Shown here: piece by piece, positions 62,854-64,000 of the stretch
Layout of the letters: each line of letters begins with the position of its first letter
Position numbering within the stretch: position 1 is the stretch's first letter
Source of the DNA: Bacteroidales bacterium
Lineage (GTDB): Bacteria; Bacteroidota; Bacteroidia; Bacteroidales; VadinHA17
Direction of reading: 5' to 3'
Assembly (NCBI GenBank): GCA_049512815.1
Contig: JBEKWS010000020.1
Span: forward strand, 13,093 to 77,092
DNA length: 64,000 bases
Program-made: the position numbers and the translations under genes
Notes under the pieces: model-generated
What the model saw: only the letters and a program-made list of their open reading frames with translations
Database searches by the model: none
What the model was told of the DNA's origin: nothing

Positions 62854-63762
62854 ATGAAAACTTTTAAAATAATTATTGTATTGCTTTTCGTATTTTCAAT
62901 AAATACAACAGCACAGGAAATAATTAACTTATATCCGGGGACTATTCCCAATTCAAAAGAATCCAATATAAAAGAAAAAGGGAGTAATCCGCCTGCAGGT
63001 ATTATCTCTGGAGTCACTAAACCTGCTCTGGAAATCTACCTGCCGGAAAAGGAAAAATCAAGTGGTGCTGCCGTAATCATTTGCCCGGGAGGTAGTTATA
63101 AGGTATTAGCATTTCAAGCCGAAGGAATAATAACGGCAAAAGAATTTATGAAAAACGGGGTTGCTGCATTTGTACTTAAATACAGGCTGCCAGACGATGC
63201 GGCAATGACAGAAAAGAAAATTGGCCCGTTGCAGGATGCCCAGCAAGCCATTAAAATGGTCAGGGAAAACGCATCAAAATGGGGAATAGATATAAACAGG
63301 GTAGGTATAATGGGGTTTTCTGCCGGCGGACATCTAGCCTCAACAGAAGCTACTCATTATGAAAAAGCAGTGATTGAAAATAACAATAACACAAATTTGC
63401 GTCCTGATTTCCTGATACTGATCTACCCTGTCATAAGCATGCAGGATAGTCTGACACATCTCGATTCAAGAACAAATCTGTTAGGCAAAAATCCATCGAA
63501 ACTCTTAATTGATGAATTCTCAAATGAATTGCAGGTTGACGAAAATACTCCGCCAACCTATATTACTCATGCGGGTGACGATAAGGCGGTCGATATTGAT
63601 AACAGTATCGTTTTTTACGAAAAGTTGAGGCATCATAATGTTCCTGCTGAATTACATCTGTATCCCAAAGGAGGGCATGGTTTTGTTTTATCTCAAAAAA
63701 CTGAAGACTGGATGATGCCTTTATTCAAATGGATGAAAAACTCTAAATGGATTGCTAATTAA
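62854..63762 (+). CDS. Alpha/beta hydrolase, BD-FAE / acetyl-esterase-like, secreted
   Basis: A 302-aa protein with a signal peptide, ..AVIICPGGSY.., the G-x-S-x-G motif GFSAGGHLAS and the C-terminal His region ..LYPKGGHGF... Confidence 0.75.
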   Translation: MKTFKIIIVLLFVFSINTTAQEIINLYPGTIPNSKESNIKEKGSNPPAGIISGVTKPALEIYLPEKEKSSGAAVIICPGGSYKVLAFQAEGIITAKEFMKNGVAAFVLKYRLPDDAAMTEKKIGPLQDAQQAIKMVRENASKWGIDINRVGIMGFSAGGHLASTEATHYEKAVIENNNNTNLRPDFLILIYPVISMQDSLTHLDSRTNLLGKNPSKLLIDEFSNELQVDENTPPTYITHAGDDKAVDIDNSIVFYEKLRHHNVPAELHLYPKGGHGFVLSQKTEDWMMPLFKWMKNSKWIAN

Positions 63763-63817
63763 TAATAATGGTGAATTTTTAATATCTTAAAACATTATAA
63801 AACACGAAAAAAACAAA

Positions 63818-64000
63818 ATGAATAGAAAATCCATTTTCCTCTTACTGCTTGTCGGTGCAATATTTTGTATTCTGGCTGTATCAACCATTCTTGCACAAAA
63901 CCCCGAGATTGGTAAAGCGGCACGCTATTGTAATCCTTTGCCCATGATCATTGCGCCGGGAGGTAATGCATCGGGCGATGTAACAGTTATCCGGGAAAAA
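63818..64000 (+). CDS. 5' part of a secreted protein (continues beyond window), family not assignable
   Basis: An ATG at 63818, the signal peptide MNRKSIFLLLLVGAIFCILAVSTILAQ, and an open frame to the window end (..RYCNPLPMIIAPGGNASGDVTVIREK). Confidence 0.5.
   Translation, partial: MNRKSIFLLLLVGAIFCILAVSTILAQNPEIGKAARYCNPLPMIIAPGGNASGDVTVIREK

Overview
This window looks like a Bacteroidota chromosomal segment. It has a SusC/SusD pair, many signal-peptide or lipoprotein glycoside hydrolases, and roughly 40% GC by eye. Its content points to arabinoxylan/arabinan-type hemicellulose breakdown and pentose / sugar-acid catabolism.

Gene content, left to right:
- The 3' end of a GH10 xylanase, then a GntP permease and an IlvD/Edd sugar-acid dehydratase.
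- A tandemly duplicated GH51 arabinofuranosidase pair, a GH2, and an unassigned beta-helix protein.
- A cluster of exported SMP-30 lactonase / cupin proteins, then a Tat-signal enolase-superfamily enzyme.
- A CUT2-type sugar ABC transporter and an FGGY kinase.
- A long minus-strand gene string: RpiB, split transketolase, BASS permease, exported RraA-like protein, Tat-DUF362, DHDPS-family enzyme, 2-hydroxyacid dehydrogenase, PfkB kinase, then SusC/SusD. An IS4-family element interrupts it 38 bp upstream of susC.
- An IS982 relic, a large GH51, a beta-lactamase-fold hydrolase, a DUF362 + beta-propeller pair, a GH127 and an orphan TAXI-like binding protein.
- A nested-palindrome repeat, followed by a ~3 kb AT-rich mosaic block.
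- An esterase island: a clan GH-A hydrolase, four CE1-type paralogues in different states, a DUF1593 protein and a BD-FAE-like esterase.

I recognised no rRNA, tRNA, CRISPR array or DNA-binding regulator.

The most unusual observations:
- The mosaic block carries a 5'-truncated archaeal-type ribosomal protein S11 gene followed by an archaeal RNA polymerase subunit D gene with two in-frame TAA codons. This is either an inter-domain transfer relic or an assembly chimera.
- Several enzymes that are normally cytoplasmic carry export signals here: an enolase-superfamily enzyme, an RraA-like protein, cupin-lactonase fusions and DUF362 proteins.
- One CE1 paralogue has its catalytic Ser replaced by Trp, and another has the whole catalytic core deleted in frame.
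- The GH51 duplicates share a gene-conversion tract.
- Several gene relics show heavy local rearrangement.

All functional calls come from reading the translated ORFs against remembered family motifs. No database search was run.
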